Source: a virus (Duplodnaviria > Heunggongvirae > Uroviricota > Caudoviricetes). Taken from it: a stretch of DNA of 64,000 bases. Shown here piece after piece: positions 17,120 to 26,322 of this stretch; the stretch's first letter is position 1; each line of letters begins with the position of its first letter. The stretch is from the IMG/VR virus record IMGVR_UViG_3300021256_000075, positions 1 to 64,000 of that record, one strand, 5' to 3'. The notes under the pieces were generated by a model, which was not told the origin of the DNA, did no database searches, and saw only the letters and a list, made by a program, of their open reading frames with translations. Made by a program: the position numbers and the translations under genes.

Positions 17120-17575
17120 ATGAGCGGAGGAGCGTTAGATTATTTTTACGCAGCTCTGGATGATCACGCCAGAGATCTTGGTGATAAGGAATTGGATGAC
17201 CTGGTGAAAGATCTGTCAGAGCTGTTCCGGAGAAGAGAATGGTATCTGTCGGGTGATACCGGCGAAGGAGACTGGGCAGAAGCTCGTTATGAGTTCAAAA
17301 AGAAGTGGTTCACGGCGATGGGGCGCGAAGCACGGATCGAGAAGTACTTGGCAGATATCCGGGATGAGCTGCTTAAGTCATTTGGTCTGTCAGAAGAGTA
17401 TTGCAGAAACTGTGCACACTTCACACCGACCAAGGAGTATGATGGCAAGTACGGTAAATGTAGCTTGACGTCCGGATGCCTCATGCACAGGAGCGGGACG
17501 TGTCCGAAATATACAGCGCAACAGATCGCACAAAATGAGAAGAAAGATGGTCGAAAAGAAAAAGGCAGAGTATAA
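17120..17575 (+). CDS. hypothetical protein with C-terminal Cys cluster
   Basis: CRNCAHF...CSLTSGCLMHRSGTCPKY; follows the radical SAM gene. Confidence 0.4.
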   Translation: MSGGALDYFYAALDDHARDLGDKELDDLVKDLSELFRRREWYLSGDTGEGDWAEARYEFKKKWFTAMGREARIEKYLADIRDELLKSFGLSEEYCRNCAHFTPTKEYDGKYGKCSLTSGCLMHRSGTCPKYTAQQIAQNEKKDGRKEKGRV

Positions 17576-17579
17576 CGAT

Positions 17580-17612
17580 AAAACGCAGTCCACAAAAAAA
17601 GGCTGCGTTTTA
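17580..17612 (+). terminator. rho-independent terminator
   Basis: aaacgcag...ctgcgttt hairpin plus T-run. Confidence 0.5.
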
Positions 17613-17639
17613 TTCTTAAAAATTTCTCGTAAAACAATA

Positions 17640-17668
17640 TTGCAATTATGAGATAATTGTGATATGAT
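17640..17668 (+). promoter_or_regulatory. sigma-70 promoter
   Basis: TTGCAA-17-TATGAT. Confidence 0.45.
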
Positions 17669-17716
17669 ACGTACATAAGTTCAAACAAGGCAAAGATTGC
17701 ATGGAAGGGCTGTGAA

Positions 17717-17887
17717 ATGTGCAAAAGTTGCGGAAAATGTGCAGATCTGGATATTAATTGGGAAACTGATGAGGCTTACTGTGTAGCGGCAGATGGAATG
17801 GAGATCTTCCTGAGGCGGGGACAGAGATGCCCGAAGTGGTGTCCTCTAAAAATATCTGTAGATGAAAGGGGGAGAGAACATGGATGA
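17717..17887 (+). CDS. small Cys-rich protein (56 aa)
   Basis: MCKSCGKCADL...CPKWCP; not in ORF track. Confidence 0.3.
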   Translation: MCKSCGKCADLDINWETDEAYCVAADGMEIFLRRGQRCPKWCPLKISVDERGREHG

Positions 17888-18194
17888 AAAATACTTTTAT
17901 TTCATCACGGTGTTTCAAAAGCTCCCATCTGATGCGATTCATTTCGACATCGGAAACAGGCGCTGTTGGGGGTTTTTCTGCGATAAAGAGACGGCTGTAA
18001 AGGCGGTATGCGAGAATTGGACAGACTTGTCCGAGTATCTGTACAACTTTGCGGTAGTAGAAGAATACCGTGAAGGATTAATCGGATGGACCGGAAACAG
18101 ATGGTTCTTCAGATTCGATGCAAAGAAGAAAAGATTTTTTGCCATTGATGAACCTGTTGCATTTAGACATGTCGGAGCATTTTCTATCGGATGA
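17880..18194 (+). CDS. hypothetical protein
   Basis: ATG 17880 (MDEKYFYF) with RBS aagggggagag. Confidence 0.35.
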   Translation: MDEKYFYFITVFQKLPSDAIHFDIGNRRCWGFFCDKETAVKAVCENWTDLSEYLYNFAVVEEYREGLIGWTGNRWFFRFDAKKKRFFAIDEPVAFRHVGAFSIG

Positions 18195-18226
18195 GAGGTA
18201 CAGAAGCGGATAAAAGGTGAAATGGA

Positions 18227-18523
18227 ATGAATAATCTGGAGAAAGTGATTAAAGGGCTTGTAAGCTGTAACTCAGCTTCGTGTCAAAAATGCCCTTATAA
18301 CGAAAAAAAGGAATGCAATGACAGAGGATTCTTTTATTCACAGGCAATTGAAGATGCAATTCAACTGCTGAAAGAGCAAGAACCAAAAGCTGTGTTGCAC
18401 ATTAATGATGGGTATTATTGTCCACGGTGCTCTACTATTGCTACCAGAACTATGGGTGTACAAGAAATACGTCTAGGAACAAAATATTGCCCATATTGTG
18501 GTCAGGCGGTGAAGTGGGAATGA
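18227..18523 (+). CDS. zinc-ribbon protein
   Basis: CxxC...CPRC...CPYCG pairs. Confidence 0.4.
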   Translation: MNNLEKVIKGLVSCNSASCQKCPYNEKKECNDRGFFYSQAIEDAIQLLKEQEPKAVLHINDGYYCPRCSTIATRTMGVQEIRLGTKYCPYCGQAVKWE

Positions 18524-18613
18524 CAGCTTTAATTATCTCAATTATTGCACTTATTTTGTCTATTGTTGGAGCTATTATTAACTCAAGGCGGTGAAAATGT
18601 AGTTAGCGAAACA

Positions 18614-19093
18614 ATGGAAATAATACGCAAGCCAATTAAAGGCTACGAAGGTTTGTATGAAGTAGACAATCTCGCAAGAGTGTTTTCTGTGGACAGAGTT
18701 GTGACTGTCAACGATAACGGGCGAATCTATGACAAACCGCTAATGGGCAAGAAAATTAAGCAAGGGATGCACTCAAAAGGTTATAAAGTTGTGACTCTTA
18801 CAAAGGACGGGAAAATGAAAACATTCTTTGTTCATCGTATTGTAGCAGAAGCATTTATCCAGAATCCGAATAATCTGCCAATAATAAATCACATTGACGA
18901 AGACAAGACGAACAACCTACCGGAAAATCTTGAATGGTGCGACAACTATTACAATATGATGTATGGTCATGCAAGACAAAAACAAGCGAAGAAGATTAGA
19001 GGACGAAAGCATACTGAAGAACATAATAGGCATATTTCCGAAGGGATAAGAAGGCGGTTATGCGCTGACGGAAAAAGGAAAGTGAGCGAATGA
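18614..19093 (+). CDS. HNH homing endonuclease
   Basis: GYEGLYEVDNLARVFS (NUMOD4-like) and HRIVAEAFIQNPNNLPIINHIDEDKTNN (HNH_3-like); AT-rich island. Confidence 0.6.
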   Translation: MEIIRKPIKGYEGLYEVDNLARVFSVDRVVTVNDNGRIYDKPLMGKKIKQGMHSKGYKVVTLTKDGKMKTFFVHRIVAEAFIQNPNNLPIINHIDEDKTNNLPENLEWCDNYYNMMYGHARQKQAKKIRGRKHTEEHNRHISEGIRRRLCADGKRKVSE

Positions 19094-19353
19094 AGAAGAT
19101 TGTTTTTCTTATACTAATGGTAATTCTGTTGGTGACGTTGTGTGGTTGTGGCACGGTAATCAAAATGAATGACGTGCCATCTGAAAATAAAGTCGAAAGA
19201 ACCAGATTTATGCAGATTGAAGACTATGGGCTTGGGAGCATTGTTGTTGACAGTGAAACAAACGTTGAATACTGGATGTCGAAAAGTGCATACAATTGGG
19301 GGACATTAACAATGCTCGTTGATAAAAGTGGAAGCCCCAAGGTAAGGAAATAG
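19090..19353 (+). CDS. lipoprotein
   Basis: Signal peptide MKKIVFLILMVILLVTLCGCG with lipobox. Confidence 0.5.
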   Translation: MKKIVFLILMVILLVTLCGCGTVIKMNDVPSENKVERTRFMQIEDYGLGSIVVDSETNVEYWMSKSAYNWGTLTMLVDKSGSPKVRK

Positions 19354-19381
19354 AAGCATTGAGAATGGAAGAGGCGGTGAA

Positions 19382-20180
19382 GTGGGAATGAATGATTTGT
19401 TAGAAAACAGCATGAAAAATAAACTGATGACACTGGAAGAAATGCGAGAACATGAATGGCTAGTCGGATGGTCTGGAGGAAAAGACAGCACGGCAACTGT
19501 AATTCTGATGAAAGAACATAACATTCCAATTAAGAAGATAGTGTATGTTCGAATGATGTACGATTCTGTAACTCCTGCAACTATTCCAGAAATGGACGAT
19601 TTCATATCGTATGCAAGTGATATTTTCAGCATGTGGGGCTACAAAGTGGAAACCGTGTATACGAAACATACCGCCATTGAGCTTGCGAACAAGGTTAAAA
19701 AGAGATCGAAACATCCAGAAGACAATGGAAAGCCGTATGGAGTAAAAGCATTTACTCGTGGCAGGTGTTGGCTCACTACGGAAAAGGTAGCCGCTATCAA
19801 AAGGTCAATAAGTGGCTATCCGTGGCAGATGATAGGCTATGGTGTGGACGAAACCAAGCGTGTTAAAAATCTCGGGGGGGGGGCGGCAAAGCATCTTAGT
19901 TGCGCTTAATCTTCTTGAAAAAGATGCATATGCAATCTGTGAACGAGATGGACTTCTTGCACCAACGTATCAATTCGGCTTGAAGAGGGATGGCTGTTTC
20001 TTCTGTCCGAACGTTGCAAAGGCACAAAGGGAATGGCTACATGCAGTACACCCGGAGCTTGTTGAAAAAACGTATGACATTGTAAAAATATCCCGTGAAA
20101 CAATCAGATCTGAATCATTCCCGAATGTCTGGGTGAAAGATTACGCTGAACACATGAAAGAACTGGAGGAAAAGAAATGA
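19382..20180 (+). pseudogene. PAPS reductase family protein (PP-loop ATPase), interrupted by frameshift at G10 tract 19874-19883
   Basis: WLVGWSGGKDS PP-loop; N- and C-terminal halves lie in two frames joined at a 10-G homopolymer. Confidence 0.5.
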
Positions 20181-20614
20181 CAGCAGATGAACGAATCGAA
20201 AAACTGTTGAACGAGTTTGGGCAGACAATTAGCGATCTGCCAACCGCAAACGATTACAAACTTCGGCACGATCAGATACCGAACCTGATCGCCGCAATGG
20301 ATACGGCGGAAGCATGGTATGATCCGGAAAGCAACGAAAAAATTGCCTATAGCATGATGGCCTATATCTGCCATCTGGTGGAGATTATCGACCGGATGGA
20401 ATGGGCATTAAGTAATGCCAAAGTTCGGTGGGACGATTTAAAACAAAAACTTCAGTTCCATAAAACTGAAAATGCGGAATTTGATCTTCTGAACAACTAT
20501 ATGCGTAACGATATTTATGCACTTGGGTACAGGGAGGCATGCGGAGACATTCTTGATCTGATGAACAATGAAAGCCCGGATTCACTGGAAAAAGGCAATT
20601 ATTGTGACGGTTGA
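20177..20614 (+). CDS. hypothetical protein
   Basis: ATGA overlap with upstream gene. Confidence 0.4.
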   Translation: MTADERIEKLLNEFGQTISDLPTANDYKLRHDQIPNLIAAMDTAEAWYDPESNEKIAYSMMAYICHLVEIIDRMEWALSNAKVRWDDLKQKLQFHKTENAEFDLLNNYMRNDIYALGYREACGDILDLMNNESPDSLEKGNYCDG

Positions 20615-20638
20615 TGAGTAGAAAGGAGATGTCTTTTC

Positions 20639-21097
20639 ATGGTAGATATGGATTCCACCTGCAGAAAATGCATGTACAAGAATTGCCCTAAAATTTGCGA
20701 ACCATGTTGCGACTGCGATCATACGCATGATTTATTTAAGGAGGATGAGGGATTCGAGAAAAGGGTAACTACAGGCCTTTCATGCTGTACTACCATGACA
20801 GCAAGTTATTGCGAGCAATGCCCGTATTCTTACGAATGCAAGGATATTATGGGGTCTGGAGTGGCACATCTAGCACAAGATGCAAACACGTTGATAGATG
20901 ATTTAAAAATTGAAATAAACGAATTGAAGAGAAAACTCGAAGTGTTAAGACCAAAACTGGTAAAAATCGCAAAAGATGAAATCGGCCTTAAATGTTATTA
21001 CTGCCCAACCTGCAATGAGGGCATACTCCGTGGATTGCTATCCAATCCGTTATATTGCAGAAATTGCGGACAGGCACTGGAATGGGATGATGAGTAA
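20639..21097 (+). CDS. Cys-rich protein (multiple CxxC)
   Basis: CRKCMYKNCPKICEPCCDCDH...CPTCNEG...CRNCG. Confidence 0.4.
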   Translation: MVDMDSTCRKCMYKNCPKICEPCCDCDHTHDLFKEDEGFEKRVTTGLSCCTTMTASYCEQCPYSYECKDIMGSGVAHLAQDANTLIDDLKIEINELKRKLEVLRPKLVKIAKDEIGLKCYYCPTCNEGILRGLLSNPLYCRNCGQALEWDDE

Positions 21098-21384
21098 TGG
21101 AGCTTGATTTTACTGATGTCCAAATCCAGTATATTGAAGATGAAACTTACATGAAAATTCTAGAAGAAATGAAGGTGAATATCGAAAGAAAATGTTCCAA
21201 ACCAAGAACAGCTACTGAGATGGTACAAGCAGAGGAATGGATACGATTATACGGTGAGTCTATGTGGCGTGATTATTTTAAACTAATGGAAGAACTGGCA
21301 GACAAAATGGTCAAGCAAAGACGTATGATTGTATACTGCAAGGAGAAAGTAGAAAGCGATGACGAAAATAATCGAACGGAATAA
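21097..21384 (+). CDS. hypothetical protein
   Basis: ORF with TAATGG overlap. Confidence 0.35.
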   Translation: MELDFTDVQIQYIEDETYMKILEEMKVNIERKCSKPRTATEMVQAEEWIRLYGESMWRDYFKLMEELADKMVKQRRMIVYCKEKVESDDENNRTE

Positions 21385-21398
21385 GGAAGGCATTAAAA

Positions 21399-21584
21399 AT
21401 GATTATTAAAAAGGGAAAAATAATATATTTTATATGCTTATCCTGTGATTGCGAATTTACAGTAGGAATTCATTCTGTGAAAAGTAACGATGGAAATTAT
21501 TACTGCTCTTGTCCTATGTGCGGCATGGAATGCCATACAGATGTTGCGGAGCAAGGAGACAAAAAAGGAGGAAAACAACAATGA
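21399..21584 (+). CDS. small zinc-finger protein
   Basis: CLSCDCEF...CSCPMCGMEC. Confidence 0.3.
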   Translation: MIIKKGKIIYFICLSCDCEFTVGIHSVKSNDGNYYCSCPMCGMECHTDVAEQGDKKGGKQQ

Positions 21585-22444
21585 AAAAGGCTATTGGTAC
21601 AATCGTGGTTCTGATGATGATTTTTGCAACGGTTACGGTATCTGCCGCAACGATCATTGACGAAGGATTTGTGGGAATTGTTCTGCATCACGGACAGATG
21701 CAGGATGATCTTCTGTACCCCGGAAAACATCGGCTTGGATTCCTCGGAATCGGCTATGATGTAATCAAGATGGACTGCCGTTGGCAGAACTACAGCATTC
21801 AAACATCTGCTTTCTCCAAAGATATTCAGCAGGTTGATTTGATTGTTTCTGTTAATTATCAGCTTCAGAAACAGGGAGCACAGCGGATGTACAGGGACGT
21901 TGGCGAGGATTACGCGGACAAGATCATAAAGCCCAGAATGCTTGATGCTTTGAAGTCGGTTATATCGAAATACAGTGCGGAAGAACTGATTGCAAAGAGG
22001 CAGGAGATTTCATACCAAGTTCTTGATTTAATCAAAGCACAGTTGGAATTCTACGAGTTGAATATCCGTGAAATCGCTATTGAAGATATTGATTTCACTG
22101 ACGCATACACGGATGCCATTGAGGCAAAACAGGTTGCCACACAGCGTTCATTGCAAATCAAGACCGAGCAGGAGCAGTTAACGCTTGAAACCGAAGCGGA
22201 AGCAGAGCGTAAAAAGATCGAAGCGCAGAATGCTTTGGAGATCGCGAAACTGGAAGCGGATGCAATTGTGTACACTGCTGAAAAACAAGCGGAAGCAAAC
22301 AAGAAACTCGCGGAAAGTATGACGAATGAGCTTCTTGACTATTACCGAATTGAGAAGTGGGATGGAAAGCTCCCGAAGATTTCTGGCGGTGAGTCTATGA
22401 TTACTCTAGTTGATGGAACAAAGGAAACTGAGGAACAGCAGTAA
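21581..22444 (+). CDS. SPFH/band-7 (prohibitin-like) membrane protein
   Basis: N-terminal TM then SPFH-type core and long E/A/K-rich coiled coil. Confidence 0.55.
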   Translation: MKKAIGTIVVLMMIFATVTVSAATIIDEGFVGIVLHHGQMQDDLLYPGKHRLGFLGIGYDVIKMDCRWQNYSIQTSAFSKDIQQVDLIVSVNYQLQKQGAQRMYRDVGEDYADKIIKPRMLDALKSVISKYSAEELIAKRQEISYQVLDLIKAQLEFYELNIREIAIEDIDFTDAYTDAIEAKQVATQRSLQIKTEQEQLTLETEAEAERKKIEAQNALEIAKLEADAIVYTAEKQAEANKKLAESMTNELLDYYRIEKWDGKLPKISGGESMITLVDGTKETEEQQ

Positions 22445-22460
22445 TTTGAAAGGGAAAAAC

Positions 22461-22598
22461 ATGGAAATTAAAAGCCTTTACGGGTTTGAATGCTCCGTGG
22501 AAGAGCTGATTGACAATGCGCTCAATCAGCTTCCCCCGGAACAATTTAAACGGTTTTTACAATTTTTACGCGAAATACCGAATGACTATGAGGACTAG
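22461..22598 (+). CDS. hypothetical small protein
   Basis: ATG 22461 after RBS gaaagggaaaaac. Confidence 0.3.
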   Translation: MEIKSLYGFECSVEELIDNALNQLPPEQFKRFLQFLREIPNDYED

Positions 22599-22600
22599 CT

Positions 22601-22789
22601 ATGAAAAAGCCTGTTCCGAAAATGTGCTTGACTTGCAGGAATTTTTATTATTACGAGTATTATTGCAAAACGCTCCACCTGTATATCGGATATTTGTATT
22701 GCGCGGAAGAAACGAAATGCAAAGATTATAGATTGCACGATGATTACAGGCGCGGAGGAAAGTTTTACGATTCAAGGGAGGATATATGA
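22601..22789 (+). CDS. small Cys-rich protein
   Basis: CLTCRNFYYYEYYC. Confidence 0.3.
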   Translation: MKKPVPKMCLTCRNFYYYEYYCKTLHLYIGYLYCAEETKCKDYRLHDDYRRGGKFYDSREDI

Positions 22790-23082
22790 GGCTGATTGAT
22801 GCGGACAAAATCGAATACCACCAACGTGCTGTGATTGAAGATGTGAAAAATGTCGGAATGTATTTACATAAAAGGTGTATTACTGAAGATGAAATTAACG
22901 CAATTCCAACTGAAATTAACGCAATTCCAACGGCTAAAGTTTCCAGTAGAAGTATTCCTGTAATTTGGATTCTGGACTATATCACGGATAAAACGCAGGA
23001 AGGAACGTTAAAAAGGCAGTATTTTGTTGATATGTTTGTTACGTGGTGCAAGGAGCAGGAGCAGAAGGCATGCGGAAATTAA
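22786..23082 (+). CDS. hypothetical protein with in-frame 18-bp tandem duplication (EINAIPT x2)
   Basis: gaaattaacgcaattcca repeated at about 22904-22939. Confidence 0.35.
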   Translation: MRLIDADKIEYHQRAVIEDVKNVGMYLHKRCITEDEINAIPTEINAIPTAKVSSRSIPVIWILDYITDKTQEGTLKRQYFVDMFVTWCKEQEQKACGN

Positions 23083-23250
23083 CGTTTAAAACAGGCAAGG
23101 ACGAACAGAAAAACGAGCAAGGGAAATCTACTACTCCGAAAAATAAATGTTCCAAAGCGGACGAAAACGATGAAGAATGCAGGAAATGCATGAGCAGGGA
23201 CGAGCGTACCGGGCAATGGTACTATAACGATTGGGATTGACGGGGGAAAT

Positions 23251-23442
23251 ATGCAGACAATCATAAACACTTTTGTTTCAGCACTGTGCATGTTATGTTT
23301 TGTGGTATTTGTAACGTGCCTCATACAGAGCATAAAAGATGATGAATCAGAAACAATTTTCGGGCTTATTCTTGGTTTTTTCGCGGGCATTGGAATCAGC
23401 TGTTTTGTGTTGATGTGGGAGAAGGGTATGATAGCGATATGA
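23251..23442 (+). CDS. small membrane protein
   Basis: Two hydrophobic helices. Confidence 0.35.
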   Translation: MQTIINTFVSALCMLCFVVFVTCLIQSIKDDESETIFGLILGFFAGIGISCFVLMWEKGMIAI

Positions 23443-23696
23443 GCAAATTAGTAAAAGCGAATCGTCAATGCAAAACTTGCTTTGCAAACCATAACCGAAA
23501 AGGATGCAGAGCTTTGGCGTGGCCGGACTATGAGGACGGGCAATGTCCATTCTTCAAAACGCGGGAACAGCATATAAAAGATGTTCAGTACTGGGAGAAT
23601 CTGGCAAAGGCAAGAGGCAAAATGACTGCGAATGGCATTTATTACAAACGAGCAAGAATGCAGGAGAACAAAGAGATACTGGAGGATGCAGAATGA
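23439..23696 (+). CDS. Cys-containing small protein
   Basis: CKTCFANHNRKGC...CPFF. Confidence 0.35.
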   Translation: MSKLVKANRQCKTCFANHNRKGCRALAWPDYEDGQCPFFKTREQHIKDVQYWENLAKARGKMTANGIYYKRARMQENKEILEDAE

Positions 23697-24349
23697 AAAT
23701 TGAGGAACAGCGGTACAGGATTCTTACACCAGAGTATTTTCTCATTTACGGAAACTTGACTATTATCGAAGAAGCGGCAAGGACTTGCTACAAATCGGAA
23801 GGAAAAACGGTAGCAGATGCAGAGCACTCTTCCGCACAAAGGTTAATTCGAAGCTGTATCAAACGTGGGCATGAATCAGTTCTGGAGCATTCCATCTTGT
23901 CTGTGCGCTTTGTCACGAATAGGGCTATTGCACAGCAGTTAACGAGGCACAGACTTTGCGCATTCTCAATGGAAAGCCAGAGGTATTGCAATTACACGCA
24001 GGACAGGTTTTCAAACGAGATATCCTTTATCAAGCCGCTTTGGTGGTATGGTGCAAGCGATACGCAAAGAATAGCGTGGGCAGAAGCATGCGAACATGCT
24101 GAGTACGATTACAACAATTGCATCAAGGACGGCATGAGGCCGGAAGAAGCGCGTGAATTCCTGCCGAACTGCACCAAGACGGAATTGGTCATGTCTGCGA
24201 ACTTGCGCGAATGGCGACACATTCTGAAGCTCAGAACGGCAAAGGAAGCTGACCCGATGATTCGGAACTTATGCACACCCTTGCTCAAGGAGCTTGCGGA
24301 GAAACTGCCTTGCATCTTTGAGGATATCGCTGTACAGCTCAAAAACTGA
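23693..24349 (+). CDS. thyX: flavin-dependent thymidylate synthase ThyX
   Basis: ThyX signature RHRLCAFSMESQRY (RHRx7-8S) plus conserved H/E context; ATG 23693 after RBS ggagga. Confidence 0.65.
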   Translation: MKIEEQRYRILTPEYFLIYGNLTIIEEAARTCYKSEGKTVADAEHSSAQRLIRSCIKRGHESVLEHSILSVRFVTNRAIAQQLTRHRLCAFSMESQRYCNYTQDRFSNEISFIKPLWWYGASDTQRIAWAEACEHAEYDYNNCIKDGMRPEEAREFLPNCTKTELVMSANLREWRHILKLRTAKEADPMIRNLCTPLLKELAEKLPCIFEDIAVQLKN

Positions 24350-24436
24350 AAAAAGTTGCAAAAACATTCAAAAGTCGGCGGTATTTGGCGGTTCACGGTT
24401 GTTTATGTTGGTTAAATATGTGCTATAATACTATCG

Positions 24437-24545
24437 TCAACAGAGTATGGGTGTTGCACACATGAAGAGTTTCTTCCTCTAACAAACTTTTCTATTTCCC
24501 GAAAAGGCTCACGAGTTATGGTCATCTCGTGGGCCTTTTACTTTT
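24437..24545 (+). ncRNA. small transcription unit (about 105 nt) upstream of the tRNA
   Basis: Extended -10 TGCTATAAT at 24421-24429; strong terminator ggctcacgag...ctcgtgggcc plus T-run at 24506-24545. Confidence 0.3.
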
Positions 24546-24592
24546 ATTTACAATTGGCACAAAGCGAACAATTCGCACCACTTTAAAAAAAC

Positions 24593-24667
24593 AGTGGATT
24601 AGCCAAGAGGTAAGGCATGGGACTTTGAATCCTGTATCCGTAGGTTCGAATCCTACATCCACCGCCA
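24593..24667 (+). tRNA. tRNA-Gln (anticodon UUG), CCA encoded
   Basis: Manual cloverleaf: acceptor agtggat/atccacc with A1:C72 mismatch, U8, D-arm with A14/GG, anticodon loop CUUUGAA, T-arm gtagg-TTCGAAT-cctac, G73, CCA. Confidence 0.5.
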
Positions 24668-24689
24668 TAACACTAGCAAGGAGCGATGA

Positions 24690-25154
24690 ATGGACGAATT
24701 AAAACTCGTTTATATTCCTGTTGATGAGCTTACACCGTATGAGAGGAATGCAAGGAAACATACTGAGCATGACATTGAAGCGATCAAGGAAAGCATTAAA
24801 CAGTCTGGAGGTTTCAACGACCCTATTGGAATCTGGGGAAAGAATAATTTAATCGTTGAAGGGCATGGCAGACTTATCGCCGCAAAAGAGCTAGGAATGC
24901 AGGAAGTGCCGTGTATCCGCCTTGACCATATGACAGACGAGGAACGGAAGAAATATGCCTTACTGCATAACCAAACAGCATTGCTCTCTGAATGGGACAG
25001 TTTAAAGCTTGCGGAAGAACTGAACGGCTTGGATTTTCAAGGCTTTGATTTTGAATTCTATACACCTTCCGAAAATATTGTGGGGGGGGTACTGATGATA
25101 ATGCAAGATATACCGGAGAAACCAAAATACCTCAGTACGAGCCTTATCGGATGA
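24690..25154 (+). CDS. ParB-like nuclease domain protein
   Basis: ParB N-terminal nuclease motifs (YERNARKH, GHGRLIAAKELG); G8 tract at 25082-25089 is in frame (VGGV). Confidence 0.55.
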   Translation: MDELKLVYIPVDELTPYERNARKHTEHDIEAIKESIKQSGGFNDPIGIWGKNNLIVEGHGRLIAAKELGMQEVPCIRLDHMTDEERKKYALLHNQTALLSEWDSLKLAEELNGLDFQGFDFEFYTPSENIVGGVLMIMQDIPEKPKYLSTSLIG

Positions 25155-25441
25155 ATGTTGGAATTGAGCAATGCATAGACAGGCAGAAAGCAAACGAACT
25201 TGTCGCAGAAATACAAGCTTCTGGAGTTACCGATGAAGAAAAAGAATTTCTGTGCAGTGCGGCTATGCGACACAATGTTTTTAACTATGCAATCATCGCA
25301 GAGTATTATGCAAATGCATCTCATGAAATGCAGAAACTTATGGAGAAATCTGCTCTTGTGATAATTGACGTTGACGATGCAATAGCAAATGGATATGCCA
25401 AGTTATCGAAGGCAATGGCGGAAATGAGAGATGAAAAATGA
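25151..25441 (+). CDS. hypothetical protein
   Basis: ATGA coupling to the ParB-like gene. Confidence 0.35.
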   Translation: MNVGIEQCIDRQKANELVAEIQASGVTDEEKEFLCSAAMRHNVFNYAIIAEYYANASHEMQKLMEKSALVIIDVDDAIANGYAKLSKAMAEMRDEK

Positions 25442-26289
25442 GAGATGATTTTGCAATTTTCATTCTTACTCATGGACGCGCAGACCGTGTTGAAACTGTG
25501 AAAACTCTTGAAAGATGCAATTATACTGGCAAATGGTATATTGTCATTGACAATGAAGATGATTCTGAAGACGAATACCGAAGAATATTTGGAAACAGAG
25601 TATTACAGTTTGATAAACTAGCTGTATCGAAGACTTTTGACACAATGGATTTATCCGATGACAGAAGAACAATTGTATATGCAAGGAATGTGTGCTTTGA
25701 TCTCGCAAAACAGGTCGGAGTACGCTTTTTTCTTGAACTTGACGATGATTATAAAAGCTTTGAATGGAGATATATAGAGGACAATAAATTTAGAGGCAAA
25801 GCAGTTACCGACATGGATAAAGTTTGCAATATCATGCTCGATTTTCTTGAAGAGAGCAATGCAGATACTGTTGCAATGACACAAGGCGGTGACTTCATAG
25901 GCGGCAAAGATGGTGGAAATGTTTCAAAAGGCGTTTTAAGAAAGGCTATGAATTCATTTTTCTGTGATGTTAATAAGCCGTTTAAATTTATTGGACGAAT
26001 CAATGAAGATGTGAACACTTATGTTTCGCTTGGTTCTGTTGGAAAGCTCTTCTTTTCTGTTACTGATGTATCATTTACACAGGAAACAACGCAGAAAAAC
26101 AAAGGCGGCATGAGTGATGTATATCTCGATATGGGGACATATTTGAAAAGCTTTTATACAGTGATGGTTGCTCCATCATGCGTGAAAATTGCTATGATGG
26201 GAGACAAACATAGAAGAATACATCATAGAATCAATTGGGATTGTGCAGTCCCAAAGATATTGAATGAAAAGTGGAGAAAAAAGGGGTGA
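25438..26289 (+). CDS. hypothetical protein (283 aa)
   Basis: ORF between ParB-like and terminase genes; function not recognisable. Confidence 0.4.
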   Translation: MRDDFAIFILTHGRADRVETVKTLERCNYTGKWYIVIDNEDDSEDEYRRIFGNRVLQFDKLAVSKTFDTMDLSDDRRTIVYARNVCFDLAKQVGVRFFLELDDDYKSFEWRYIEDNKFRGKAVTDMDKVCNIMLDFLEESNADTVAMTQGGDFIGGKDGGNVSKGVLRKAMNSFFCDVNKPFKFIGRINEDVNTYVSLGSVGKLFFSVTDVSFTQETTQKNKGGMSDVYLDMGTYLKSFYTVMVAPSCVKIAMMGDKHRRIHHRINWDCAVPKILNEKWRKKG

Positions 26290-26322
26290 TAAACGATTGC
26301 AACTGGCAAATACCGGGACTGG

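Noticed and set aside
25082-25089. G8 homopolymer in the ParB-like gene as a frameshift
   Set aside because: The reading frame is continuous (encodes VGGV) and the next gene starts with a normal ATGA overlap, so no frameshift is needed.
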